Shown: positions 8,824 to 16,164 of the stretch, piece after piece | Layout of the letters: each line of letters opens with the position of its first letter | Position numbering within the stretch: position 1 is the first letter of the stretch | IMG/VR virus record: IMGVR_UViG_3300033066_000802 | Span: 1-64,000 of that record | Source: a virus | Taxonomy: Duplodnaviria > Caudoviricetes | Length of the DNA stretch: 64,000 bases | Direction: 5' to 3' (one strand) | Made by a program: the position numbers and the translations under genes | Notes under the pieces: generated by a model | Told to the model about the DNA's origin: nothing | What the model saw: the letters and a program-made list of their open reading frames with translations, nothing else | Databases searched by the model: none

Positions 8824-8948
8824 GTCGCCCAGGATGGACTTGCACCACCGACCCACAGTTCCCATATTAAAATTTTAACTGCGGAACACATTCTCTAACA
8901 GAATGCTCTTTTTTTTTTACTGCTGCTCTGCTACTGAGCTACCAGGCG
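8824..8948 (-). ncRNA. tRNA-like RNA whose anticodon loop is replaced by a ~60 nt insert with hairpin + GTTCCGCA module
   Basis: Acceptor, D and T arms intact; GCAGT/ACTGT stem encloses A10-GAG-CATTCT gttag AGAATG-TGTTCCGCAG. Confidence 0.7.
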
Positions 8949-8962
8949 AATTTTCACTCATC

Positions 8963-9164
8963 GAGATACGATGAATTAGATTTTAACGGCTTTCTTTACT
9001 ATTCAAGAAGCATTCATTTTCATTAGTGTCTTACCACATACAAACCCGTCAAACTATTTGGAAGCTCTGTTACCTGCCCTTGACCCAAACCCCAGTATTT
9101 TAAAGTTACCACCTGGATATTAACTATAACTTTTTAAAGAAGTTACAAACTTGCTGAGTACCTC
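8963..9164 (-). ncRNA. ~200 nt RNA closed by stem + CAGCAA module
   Basis: GAGGTAC-TCAGCAA ... GTATCTC; no ORF. Confidence 0.5.
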
Positions 9165-9173
9165 TTACTCATT

Positions 9174-9194
9174 GCGGGGAGATCAGGATTCGAA
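9174..9194 (-). repeat. Displaced tRNA 3' end; 19 bp direct repeat of 9983-10001
   Basis: GGGGAGATCAGGATTCGAA at 9176-9194 and 9983-10001, flanking the nuclease gene. Confidence 0.85.
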
Positions 9195-9239
9195 AATCGA
9201 ATTTTGATCGAAATTAAACTATTTATTATTATTAATATT

Positions 9240-9926
9240 ATGATGCCACTTTACACTAAATACGAATTTAACTTAGCTAAACCAACAACTAAATTAACCT
9301 GTAAATGTTTATTTTGTAATAAAACTTTTTACTTAACAAAACATCGAATTCAAGCATGTTTAAATATTAATAACAAATCAAATACTGGTGATTTTTGTTC
9401 AATTAAATGCTCCAAATTATCAACAAGTAAAAAAGAAAATGTTAATTGTTTACAATGTAATAATATTTTTCTTAAATCAAAAGCTGAAATTAAAAAATCA
9501 CCTAACCATTTCTGTTCCAAGTCTTGCGCTGCCTCATATAATAACAAACACAAAACCACTGGTACCAGAAGATCCAAACTTGAACTCTACCTGGAAGAAC
9601 AATTAATATTGCTTTATCCAAACATTGAATTTCATTTTAACCGAAAAGACACTATTAATTCAGAACTCGATATCTATATACCATCCCTTAAACTTGCATT
9701 TGAGCTTAACGGTATCTTTCATTATGAACCAATATATGGTACAGATAAACTAAACCAAATACAGAACAATGACATATCCAAATCAAAAGCTTGCTTCGAT
9801 AATCAAATTGATCTTTGCACTATTGATGTGTCTGGTTTAAAATACTTCAAACCAAGCAACGCTCAAAAATACTTAGATATCATTGTAAATATCATAAATC
9901 AAAGAACTTCATTGTTAACCTCTTAG
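9240..9926 (+). CDS. Zn-finger + PD-(D/E)XK/Vsr(DUF559)-like putative homing endonuclease
   Basis: CxxC/FCS..C repeats, SKLE, ELDIYIPSLKLAFELNG.FHY; opposite strand to the tRNAs. Confidence 0.8.
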   Translation: MMPLYTKYEFNLAKPTTKLTCKCLFCNKTFYLTKHRIQACLNINNKSNTGDFCSIKCSKLSTSKKENVNCLQCNNIFLKSKAEIKKSPNHFCSKSCAASYNNKHKTTGTRRSKLELYLEEQLILLYPNIEFHFNRKDTINSELDIYIPSLKLAFELNGIFHYEPIYGTDKLNQIQNNDISKSKACFDNQIDLCTIDVSGLKYFKPSNAQKYLDIIVNIINQRTSLLTS

Positions 9927-9981
9927 CCAGCTTTACCTGTTTCTAACAACAACCACGTAGAGGTGGGTTAACTATGTTATC

Positions 9982-10104
9982 TGGGGAGATCAGGATTCGA
10001 ACCTGAACCTTTTTCTTAACAGGAAATTTTTGAGATAGTGATTTGCCGAACTTATCCACAACTGGATAACTCTTTTTTTAATGCTGCCGTTACACCATCT
10101 CCCC
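9982..10104 (-). tRNA. tRNA-Asn(GUU)-like with ~50 nt insert between D and anticodon arms
   Basis: GGGGAGA/TCTCCCC acceptor; insert A7-GAG-TTATCCA gttg TGGATAA-GTTCGGCAAAT; TTTC-CT GTT AA-GAAA. Confidence 0.72.
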
Positions 10105-10166
10105 GATTGTCTTACAATATTAAGAAATCATTTCGGTAAAACCAAGTGAATTTCAAAACTTTTTTG

Positions 10167-10284
10167 TTGTACACCAAGGAATTGAACCTTGCCCTTTCGA
10201 TTATGATTCGAAGTTTCTGTTGATTGCTGTATTAAACCCCTACGGGTTGTTTGAGATAACGTGCTACCGCTACACCAATGCGCA
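10167..10284 (-). tRNA. tRNA(CAU)-like with ~45 nt insert between D and anticodon arms
   Basis: Insert AACCC gtag GGGTT-TAATACAGCAATC; TTCGA-AT CAT AA-TCGAA; weak acceptor stem. Confidence 0.65.
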
Positions 10285-10378
10285 AGATAAAAAATATGAA
10301 GTAACTCTGTCAATCTAAAGTGTGCCGTTTACGCCAACGCTTGTTGGTTTCCATACTGACCCTTCTACTTCATATTTA

Positions 10379-10417
10379 GAGCCTCTGATAGGACTCGAAC
10401 CTACAACCATCTCCTTA
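10379..10417 (-). pseudogene. 3' half of a split tRNA (probably Thr)
   Basis: TAA-GGAGA-TGGTT-GTAGG TTCGAGT CCTAT-CAGAGGC; acceptor complementary to fragment at 10979-11010. Confidence 0.85.
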
Positions 10418-10427
10418 AAATTCTTTT

Positions 10428-10501
10428 GAGCCGCTAACAGGATTCGAACCTGCACACCCTGATTACAAGTCAGGAGTTCTACCAATTAAAACTATAGCGG
10501 C
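10428..10501 (-). tRNA. tRNA-Thr(UGU)
   Basis: CCTGA-CT TGT AA-TCAGG; nt 8-10 TAG is the HNH stop. Confidence 0.9.
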
Positions 10502-10920
10502 TTATTTAAATTGACCGTCTTTCTCCATTTTCTACCCTTACCTCTACTTTTATAGTAAGGTGTTAATGAATGACAATTAGGGCATAATAATTCCAAATTA
10601 TTTAAGTCATTATTTTCAGGATTACCATCAATATGATTTAATTCAATAGGAATCTTATTAGTAAATTTATTAATTTCGCACCAACCACATTTCATACATT
10701 TATTTCCATGTGTTTTAATTAAAAATCGTTTACCAACCCTTTCAATCGTATCTTTTCTACCCAAATCATCAAATTCACCAGACATAAATTTATCATATCG
10801 TAATTTATTTTGATATTCCGCTTGACACATATTATTACAATATGTATTTCTATTAGCGATTGTCTTTGAGCAATTCAAACACGTTTTTCCAATTTTTCTC
10901 TGTTTCTCATGGTCAACCAT
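10492..10920 (-). CDS. HNH homing endonuclease
   Basis: CMKCG, IELNHIDGNPENNDLNNLELLCPNCHS. Confidence 0.92.
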   Translation of the reverse strand: MVDHEKQRKIGKTCLNCSKTIANRNTYCNNMCQAEYQNKLRYDKFMSGEFDDLGRKDTIERVGKRFLIKTHGNKCMKCGWCEINKFTNKIPIELNHIDGNPENNDLNNLELLCPNCHSLTPYYKSRGKGRKWRKTVNLNKPL

Positions 10921-10978
10921 TTACTATTATAAATAGTGGTCAACCGATGAGAATTCAGATTCTAAGAACTTTTTTTCT

Positions 10979-11010
10979 GAGTTGCTCTACCAGTTAAGAG
11001 CTACAGAGGC
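10979..11010 (-). pseudogene. 5' half of the split tRNA (probably Thr)
   Basis: GCCTCTG-TA-GCTC-TTAACTGGTA-GAGC-A-ACTC. Confidence 0.85.
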
Positions 11011-11130
11011 ATTTCAACTTTTAGATTAACCCCAGAGTTGACAACTGTGCTGGCATACGATCCAGAGGCAAGGTTTCACCGTTCTTATGAGAGGTGTGCC
11101 ACATCTTCGCTCCCTTGCGCTTCGGGCTTT

Positions 11131-11217
11131 TGTAACGGCAGTGAGATTCGAACTCACGTTCTCTTTCGAGTTAGGGGTTATGAGCCCCCGCTGGTACCAT
11201 CTCCAGTCGACACCGCA
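11131..11217 (-). tRNA. Initiator-like tRNA(CAU) with long variable arm
   Basis: GGGGG-CT CAT AA-CCCCT; 1:72 mismatch; variable arm AACTCGAAAGAGAAC. Confidence 0.7.
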
Positions 11218-11304
11218 ATTTATCTTATAAATATACTCATCATTGATAAAGTTGTAAATACTTAGTAAAGTAATTCACTTTATTAATCAAAAATAAGTTT
11301 ATTA

Positions 11305-11381
11305 TGGCGGGAACAGAAAGACTCGAACTTTCAACCCTCTCGCTAACAACGAGCCGCTCTGACATTAGTAGCTATGTTCCC
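11305..11381 (-). tRNA. tRNA-Asn(GUU)
   Basis: TT GTT AG loop, G73, encoded CCA. Confidence 0.82.
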
Positions 11382-11468
11382 AATTTGTAAGGCTACCAAA
11401 TCCTTACGTGGAGGCTATTAGAAGGGTGTTTTCGACCTTGCCTCATTCTCCCCTTACGGTCACAGGTT

Positions 11469-11669
11469 TTAATATTTTAAACTACCACACAATATATCCA
11501 TTTCAACACCATTATCAAATCGTACCGCAACAAAGTCATCAAAACCACCCATACTACCGAATTTTGTATCTGGTACTGTTGTACCCATAACACCCTCAGT
11601 AAGTTGTTCATTATACTTAGTTAAATCCGTAATCAATTGTACTCTTTTTGGTGTACCTCCGTACTGCAT
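11469..11669 (-). CDS. Small hypothetical protein (SH3/KOW-like)
   Basis: 66 aa; RV.L...G..GTT...VAVRFDNG pattern. Confidence 0.55.
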   Translation of the reverse strand: MQYGGTPKRVQLITDLTKYNEQLTEGVMGTTVPDTKFGSMGGFDDFVAVRFDNGVEMDILCGSLKY

Positions 11670-11808
11670 AACAATAATTTAAAGATTAAAAAAATTGCTG
11701 TCTATTCCATGCCGCCAACCGTTTAATCTATTTGAAACGGTAAAAGTCAACTAAAGGTTACTTATCTTATTTTTACAGCATTAAGAACCAAGTTAAGAAT
11801 CAAGCTAT

Positions 11809-11881
11809 GTTGCGAGAGAAGGATTTGCACCCCCGACCTTCGGGTTATGAGCCCGACAAGCTACTACTGCTCTATCTCGCA
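11809..11881 (-). tRNA. tRNA-fMet(CAU)
   Basis: TCGGG-CT CAT AA-CCCGA (three G-C pairs); 5' end overlaps HNH C-terminus. Confidence 0.85.
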
Positions 11882-12439
11882 ATTTAATATTTTCAATATT
11901 CCATTATCGAACTCCCAATGATGATTTGGACATAACGCCATTAAATTATCGATATGGTTAATTTCTTCTATAGTACTATTATCACAAAAATCGGAAACCG
12001 CTTTAATGTGCGCCACTTCGTAGTGATTATGGTACCCACAATAACAACAAATTTTCAATTTATCAGACTCGTTGAAAACGTAGTTAGCATGTTTCCGTAT
12101 ACTCGTCCTGGCTGACTGCCAATTCTTATGTTTACTAAAAATCTCAGATTTGGTTAGTCCTGTTAAAAATTTAAACGGCATTTTAACTTTAACCGTTTTT
12201 GATTGCTCAATCTTTACTTTTTTAGAATTGTTGTATGATGCAGCACAACTACGATTACAAAACTTTCTAACTCTAACCTCTCTGGTTTTTTCGTGAGACC
12301 TTACCTCAATTATTTTTTCGCAATAATGGCATTTATTTGGATTCTGGTAATACCTTGCTAACGCTCGTTCACGTTGTTTTGCGTTACCAATGGCTGCGGC
12401 TTTTTGATGTTTATTCAGTTCCATACATATAAATAGCAT
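11864..12439 (-). CDS. HNH homing endonuclease
   Basis: FCNRSCAA Zn finger, EVAHIKAV...NHIDNLMALCPNHHWEFD; probable start MELN at 12424. Confidence 0.9.
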   Translation of the reverse strand: MLFICMELNKHQKAAAIGNAKQRERALARYYQNPNKCHYCEKIIEVRSHEKTREVRVRKFCNRSCAASYNNSKKVKIEQSKTVKVKMPFKFLTGLTKSEIFSKHKNWQSARTSIRKHANYVFNESDKLKICCYCGYHNHYEVAHIKAVSDFCDNSTIEEINHIDNLMALCPNHHWEFDNGILKILNCEIEQ

Positions 12440-12460
12440 AGAACTTTCGAAAATACCATC

Positions 12461-12484
12461 CGCTACACACTGCTCTACCCCGCT
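12461..12484 (-). pseudogene. Orphan 5' fragment of tRNA-fMet
   Basis: AGCGGGG-TA-GAGCAGTGTGTAGCG; can pair with the acceptor 3' strand at ~11811-11817 with a 1:72 mismatch. Confidence 0.78.
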
Positions 12485-12489
12485 ATATT

Positions 12490-12693
12490 TTAATTTATAT
12501 AAGCAACATTATCTTTTACTTCAACAGATGATGCATACCCCCTCATAACCAAATGAGGTTGTGTTTTACTCCATTTAGTTTCACACGGAACACCACATTT
12601 AATGTCCTGGGCAATTAAACATTGATTTCTGAAATGCACTGTCATTGCTTTATTAATTTTGTTGAAATGATAAAAAAACCTATATTTTTTCAT
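12490..12693 (-). CDS. Small hypothetical phage protein
   Basis: MKKYRFFYHFNK...CETKWSKTQPHLVMRG; 12762 start lies in a tRNA-like RNA. Confidence 0.65.
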   Translation of the reverse strand: MKKYRFFYHFNKINKAMTVHFRNQCLIAQDIKCGVPCETKWSKTQPHLVMRGYASSVEVKDNVAYIN

Positions 12694-12707
12694 TTGTTTA
12701 TTTTTAA

Positions 12708-12827
12708 TAGATGTGTACTGGATTCGAACCAATGTCTGAGGTGGCTTTACGCTATCGACCAAGATAAAAGGGATTTGAACCCTATCGCTACCTGACTCCC
12801 CAATTTTACCGTTAAACTAACACAACA
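12708..12827 (-). ncRNA. tRNA-like RNA with anticodon loop replaced by an insert containing a second T-arm
   Basis: GTTGTGT/ACACATC acceptor, D arm, ATTGG TTCGAAT CCAGT T arm; insert has AGGG TTCAAAT CCCT. Confidence 0.6.
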
Positions 12828-12829
12828 TG

Positions 12830-13012
12830 TTATGTCTTTGATGCTTCAATTGATATATCATTAAATACTGCTGATGTTGAGTTGTAACGTTCATGTGTTT
12901 CAATCGAAACGTTTACTTTAATTTCACCAGTTCCTTTGAAACCTATTGATTCCAAATGTTTTTTAATGATAGCATCGAGATCTTTCTTATCGAATTTAAT
13001 TGTTGTGGTCAT
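12830..13012 (-). CDS. Small hypothetical protein
   Basis: 60 aa ORF after promoter at 13029-13060. Confidence 0.6.
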   Translation of the reverse strand: MTTTIKFDKKDLDAIIKKHLESIGFKGTGEIKVNVSIETHERYNSTSAVFNDISIEASKT

Positions 13013-13028
13013 AAAATATTCCTTTCAG

Positions 13029-13060
13029 CAAAGTTACGAAAAGAATTTGAATTCACCAAA
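13029..13060 (-). promoter_or_regulatory. Bacteroidota-type promoter internal to the tRNA array
   Basis: TTTG-N20-TAACTTTG. Confidence 0.65.
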
Positions 13061-13081
13061 CAAAACCCAATATTTCTTTAA

Positions 13082-13158
13082 AGCGGATGTGACGGGACTC
13101 GAACCCGCACCACGCACCGTGACCAGGTGGCATTGTTATCCAATTCAACCACACATCC
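13082..13158 (-). tRNA. tRNA-Asp(GUC), atypical G33
   Basis: CACC-TG GTC AC-GGTG; G73. Confidence 0.8.
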
Positions 13159-13162
13159 ATTA

Positions 13163-13318
13163 GTGGCGACAATGGGAGTCGAACTCATAATCTCTGGGTT
13201 ATGCCCCCAGCGTGGTCATCCTCTCCGTTTAGTTACTTCTACCTTGTGTAATATTCCACTCAGCTTATTCATCTAAACATCCTTTTATCGAGGATTTTCC
13301 AAATTTCACTCTATCGCA
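13163..13318 (-). tRNA. Initiator-like tRNA(CAU) with ~80 nt insert in the D-loop
   Basis: TGCGATA/TGTCGCC acceptor (1:72 mismatch), GTG/CAC D stem, CTGGG-GG CAT AA-CCCAG. Confidence 0.65.
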
Positions 13319-13332
13319 TGATAAGTGTTTAT

Positions 13333-13770
13333 TTACTTTGTTAATTCTCGCATTTTATCGATACAACTATTAATCGAAAATCTTAAAAGAAGATCTGTTA
13401 ATATTTCAACAGTACCAATACCACCATAAGATTCAACCAGATTATTTCGCCATTTCCCACTTTTTTCATCTACACGATATAAATACCCATGTCCTTTATG
13501 AAAGGTAAATACAAAATCGGCTGATGCTGGTCTATCGTCATTATATGAACTCCTGATATCCAAGTGATAATTCAATTTTTCAAACAACGCCCAAATTTTT
13601 TCATTAGCAATATCACCTTCATTAGAATCCCTATTACCAGACATATCAAACCTTAAGTGTTCTGGTTGTTCATCTGGTAGATATTCTTTAGACAAATCTT
13701 GTCCGAGTGTCTTTCTAACAAAAGCCTCTACGATAGCTTTCATTTCTTCTGTAATACTTGTTAATAACAT
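13333..13770 (-). CDS. Hypothetical protein
   Basis: 145 aa ORF between tRNAs. Confidence 0.7.
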   Translation of the reverse strand: MLLTSITEEMKAIVEAFVRKTLGQDLSKEYLPDEQPEHLRFDMSGNRDSNEGDIANEKIWALFEKLNYHLDIRSSYNDDRPASADFVFTFHKGHGYLYRVDEKSGKWRNNLVESYGGIGTVEILTDLLLRFSINSCIDKMRELTK

Positions 13771-13786
13771 ATATTTTTTTTAATTA

Positions 13787-13861
13787 AGCGGGAAACAAGG
13801 GGGTCGAACCCTCAATCTCTACCGTGACAGGGTAGCATGTTACCATCAACACCTCGTTCCC
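13787..13861 (-). tRNA. tRNA-Asp(GUC)
   Basis: CTACC-CT GTC AC-GGTAG. Confidence 0.88.
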
Positions 13862-13869
13862 AATATTTT

Positions 13870-13945
13870 TGTAGCCACGACCAGATTCGAACTGGTATTT
13901 TAGGTTTAGGAAACCCACGTTCTGTCCAGTTGAACTACACAGCCA
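13870..13945 (-). tRNA. tRNA-Arg(CCU)
   Basis: TGGGT-TT CCT AA-ACCTA. Confidence 0.85.
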
Positions 13946-14150
13946 TTTTTTTGCCGCCATACCTATTTTTTAATATTTTAGTTGGTAACCCTGATTGGTG
14001 ATCATCAATGAATATAACCAATGATTCATGTTTTACTATTTGATAAGCTTCACCAGGGAAATCATTCAAACTAATTTCTTCAAACGGTTTATTCCTATCG
14101 TAACCAGGAAGATCTTCTCTAAAATAAACTAAACAAGTTGTTTTTAACAT
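13935..14150 (-). CDS. Small hypothetical protein
   Basis: 71 aa; stop codon is nt 8-10 of tRNA-Arg(CCU). Confidence 0.6.
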   Translation of the reverse strand: MLKTTCLVYFREDLPGYDRNKPFEEISLNDFPGEAYQIVKHESLVIFIDDHQSGLPTKILKNRYGGKKMAV

Positions 14151-14163
14151 AATTTAAAATTTT

Positions 14164-14239
14164 TGCGGAATAGAAGGGACTCGAACCCTCGACCTTCGCA
14201 GTGACAGTGCGATATTGTAACCAGCTCTACTACTACTCC
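14164..14239 (-). tRNA. tRNA-Asp(GUC)
   Basis: TCGCA-CT GTC AC-TGCGA. Confidence 0.88.
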
Positions 14240-14333
14240 GTTTTAAAAAATCTTTCAGACTCACTTTTTTGCTCCTTCTATGCGGAAACACATATGGATG
14301 AAGTGGTTGTCGTATAACATATTTTTTAGGGTC

Positions 14334-14536
14334 GAGATTCCAACCTCGTTTAACCAACCCACATTTATGCCACTGGACACGCAATGTATTCGTTTCGGTT
14401 TCCCGACTTTACCTACCACACAGTGACTCAGGTTTTTAAACCAAAAATATGTGATAACACTGCTCGTAACTTTCCCTTTCGGGTGCCAGACTACCTTAGA
14501 ACCGTTAGTTTGCAAATTGATGCTGTACTGAATCTC
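14334..14536 (-). ncRNA. ~200 nt RNA closed by stem + CAGCA module
   Basis: GAGATTC-AGTACAGCATC ... GAATCTC; internal GAAA-loop hairpins (CCC GAAA GGG). Confidence 0.55.
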
Positions 14537-14548
14537 ATAAAGATTTTT

Positions 14549-14622
14549 TGCTCTTGTGGAGAATTTCGAAATCTCGACTTAACGCTTAACAGGCGTTTAC
14601 TCTACCTCTGAGTTACACAAGA
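14549..14622 (-). tRNA. tRNA-Asn(GUU)
   Basis: AACGC-CT GTT AA-GCGTT; G73. Confidence 0.88.
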
Positions 14623-14626
14623 ATTT

Positions 14627-14776
14627 TTAAAGTTCACCCAAAGCTTGTTTGATAATTTTCTTATCTAACATCCTTCTTTTAGATGATGTTAATTTTTTAC
14701 TGAATGCTTTGACGTGTTTTGCCCATTCGCCATTCAGGATGGAGTTGATTTTACTCCCTGGTCTAATTTTTCCCAT
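14627..14776 (-). CDS. Small basic protein (49 aa) MGKIRPGSKINSILNGEWAKHVKAFSKK...
   Basis: Below ORF-track cutoff; clean ATG-TAA between RNA genes. Confidence 0.55.
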   Translation of the reverse strand: MGKIRPGSKINSILNGEWAKHVKAFSKKLTSSKRRMLDKKIIKQALGEL

Positions 14777-14973
14777 AGTTAATTAATGAAATTTGATTCA
14801 TTGGACAATGGTGCGTCACTATTATTACCCTCATAACGTCTTGCGCCACCTGAGATTTGCACTCGGAATCTGGGCTTGTCATGCCTCAGCGGGTTAACTT
14901 TTCTAATAGATCGTTCTGCAAACATGGTATAGTTCATGTAGACTTTTCGTTGTTAAAAATTATTTTTCAATTA

Positions 14974-15051
14974 TGTGTGCCTTTCTGGAGTCGAACCAGA
15001 CACCTAATGATTATGAGTCATTCGCTCTCACCTACCATGAGCTAAAGGCAC
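14974..15051 (-). tRNA. tRNA(CAU), probably Ile2
   Basis: AATGA-CT CAT AA-TCATT; paired 1:72. Confidence 0.8.
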
Positions 15052-15284
15052 AAGGATAATGTAGGTTGACTACCCGTTTCGGTCAACTATTGAGTGCTTC
15101 TTCAGTTTTACGAGCGCTCGGCACAGGGTTCTATTTTCTTTTAACCCACCTTGGTTGTCGACACCGACAGTGGAGAAAATCTACATTAAAAACTTTAATT
15201 TTTCGCCCCCTTTCCGTAGTAGTCCAACGGTCATGTGTTAGCCTCACACACTTCATCACTAAATGATAAGAGGCGAAAAATTGT

Positions 15285-15359
15285 TGTGGTAATGATCGGT
15301 TTCGAGCCGATTCCTCAAGATTTTCAGTCTTGCGCTTCTACCAAGTTAGCTTCATCACC
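15285..15359 (-). tRNA. tRNA-Phe(GAA)
   Basis: CAAGA-CT GAA AA-TCTTG. Confidence 0.88.
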
Positions 15360-15406
15360 TGTTTGAGAGTTCCATACATCCAGGAAGTATACTCACAACC
15401 GACCTA

Positions 15407-15482
15407 TGGTGGTAACGGATGGAATTGCGCCACCGACACGCTGCTGTTCAGGCAGCTGCTCTACTAACTGAGCTACATCACC
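15407..15482 (-). tRNA. tRNA-Phe(GAA), atypical C37
   Basis: GCTGC-CT GAA CA-GCAGC; encoded CCA. Confidence 0.82.
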
Positions 15483-15719
15483 AATTTATACTGTAGTCCC
15501 ATGATTAAAGACCTTTGGGTATTAGTATGCGGAACGGTCATGCGCCATACTACAGTATCATCTTCATTTCAGACTATTGAACGATGAACTCAATAATCTA
15601 TAAATACCGTAACGTTCTTTTACTGCTACTTGGATATTATTTTTCACAGACTCATCGTAGGTCAAGCCTACGAACAAAGGGAATTCTTATTGCTAAGTTG
15701 TCTTTGTAGTAATCTTTTA

Positions 15720-15751
15720 CAAAAGTAAGTCTTTATTTTTATTCTACCAAA
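15720..15751 (-). promoter_or_regulatory. Bacteroidota-type promoter (internal)
   Basis: TTTG-N20-TACTTTTG. Confidence 0.65.
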
Positions 15752-15768
15752 TATTTGGTGATATATTT

Positions 15769-15963
15769 TTATTTGTATGTAACACCTCTTTTTTTCTCAT
15801 CGTTCAAGAACTTAATTTCCTCAACAAGGTGATTGAATTCATCTTTACTTATAGAATTCTTTTCAACTTTTGTAAGTTTCGAATAATCGAAGTTAATGTC
15901 TGTCCAAGACGATTCCAGTAATTTTAATACTGAGTGCCATACACCTATGTTTACTTTTCTCAT
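15769..15963 (-). CDS. Small hypothetical protein
   Basis: 64 aa; own promoter-like motif at 15968-15999. Confidence 0.6.
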   Translation of the reverse strand: MRKVNIGVWHSVLKLLESSWTDINFDYSKLTKVEKNSISKDEFNHLVEEIKFLNDEKKRGVTYK

Positions 15964-16072
15964 TTTACAAAGGTAAACATAATTTCATTAATCACCAAAT
16001 ATCTGATAGATTTTTTTTCTTTTATCCCAATATGTCAAAGATCTTTAACTATAAAACCTATGTCTTATAATC

Positions 16073-16150
16073 TGTGGGACTACGAAGGGGTTTGAACCCT
16101 CGACCACCAGAACCACAATCTGGCGCTCTACCAACTGAGCTACGTAGTCC
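16073..16150 (-). tRNA. tRNA-His(GUG)
   Basis: CCAGA-TT GTG GT-TCTGG; G-1:C73; CCA. Confidence 0.92.
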
Positions 16151-16164
16151 ATTTTTAATCTCAT

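Noticed and set aside
5106-12484. Group I introns in tRNA genes carrying the HNH ORFs
   Set aside because: Non-coding flanks are only tens of nt, too short for a catalytic core, and intact same-type tRNAs follow the ORFs.
14843-14900. Possible tRNA-Val(GAC)
   Set aside because: Only a T-arm and a short GGC-ATGACAA-GCC hairpin are visible; no convincing acceptor 5' strand or D-arm.
15061-15125. Hammerhead ribozyme (CTGAAGA...GAAA on minus strand)
   Set aside because: Stem II cannot be formed between the core motifs by eye; other hairpins explain the sequence.
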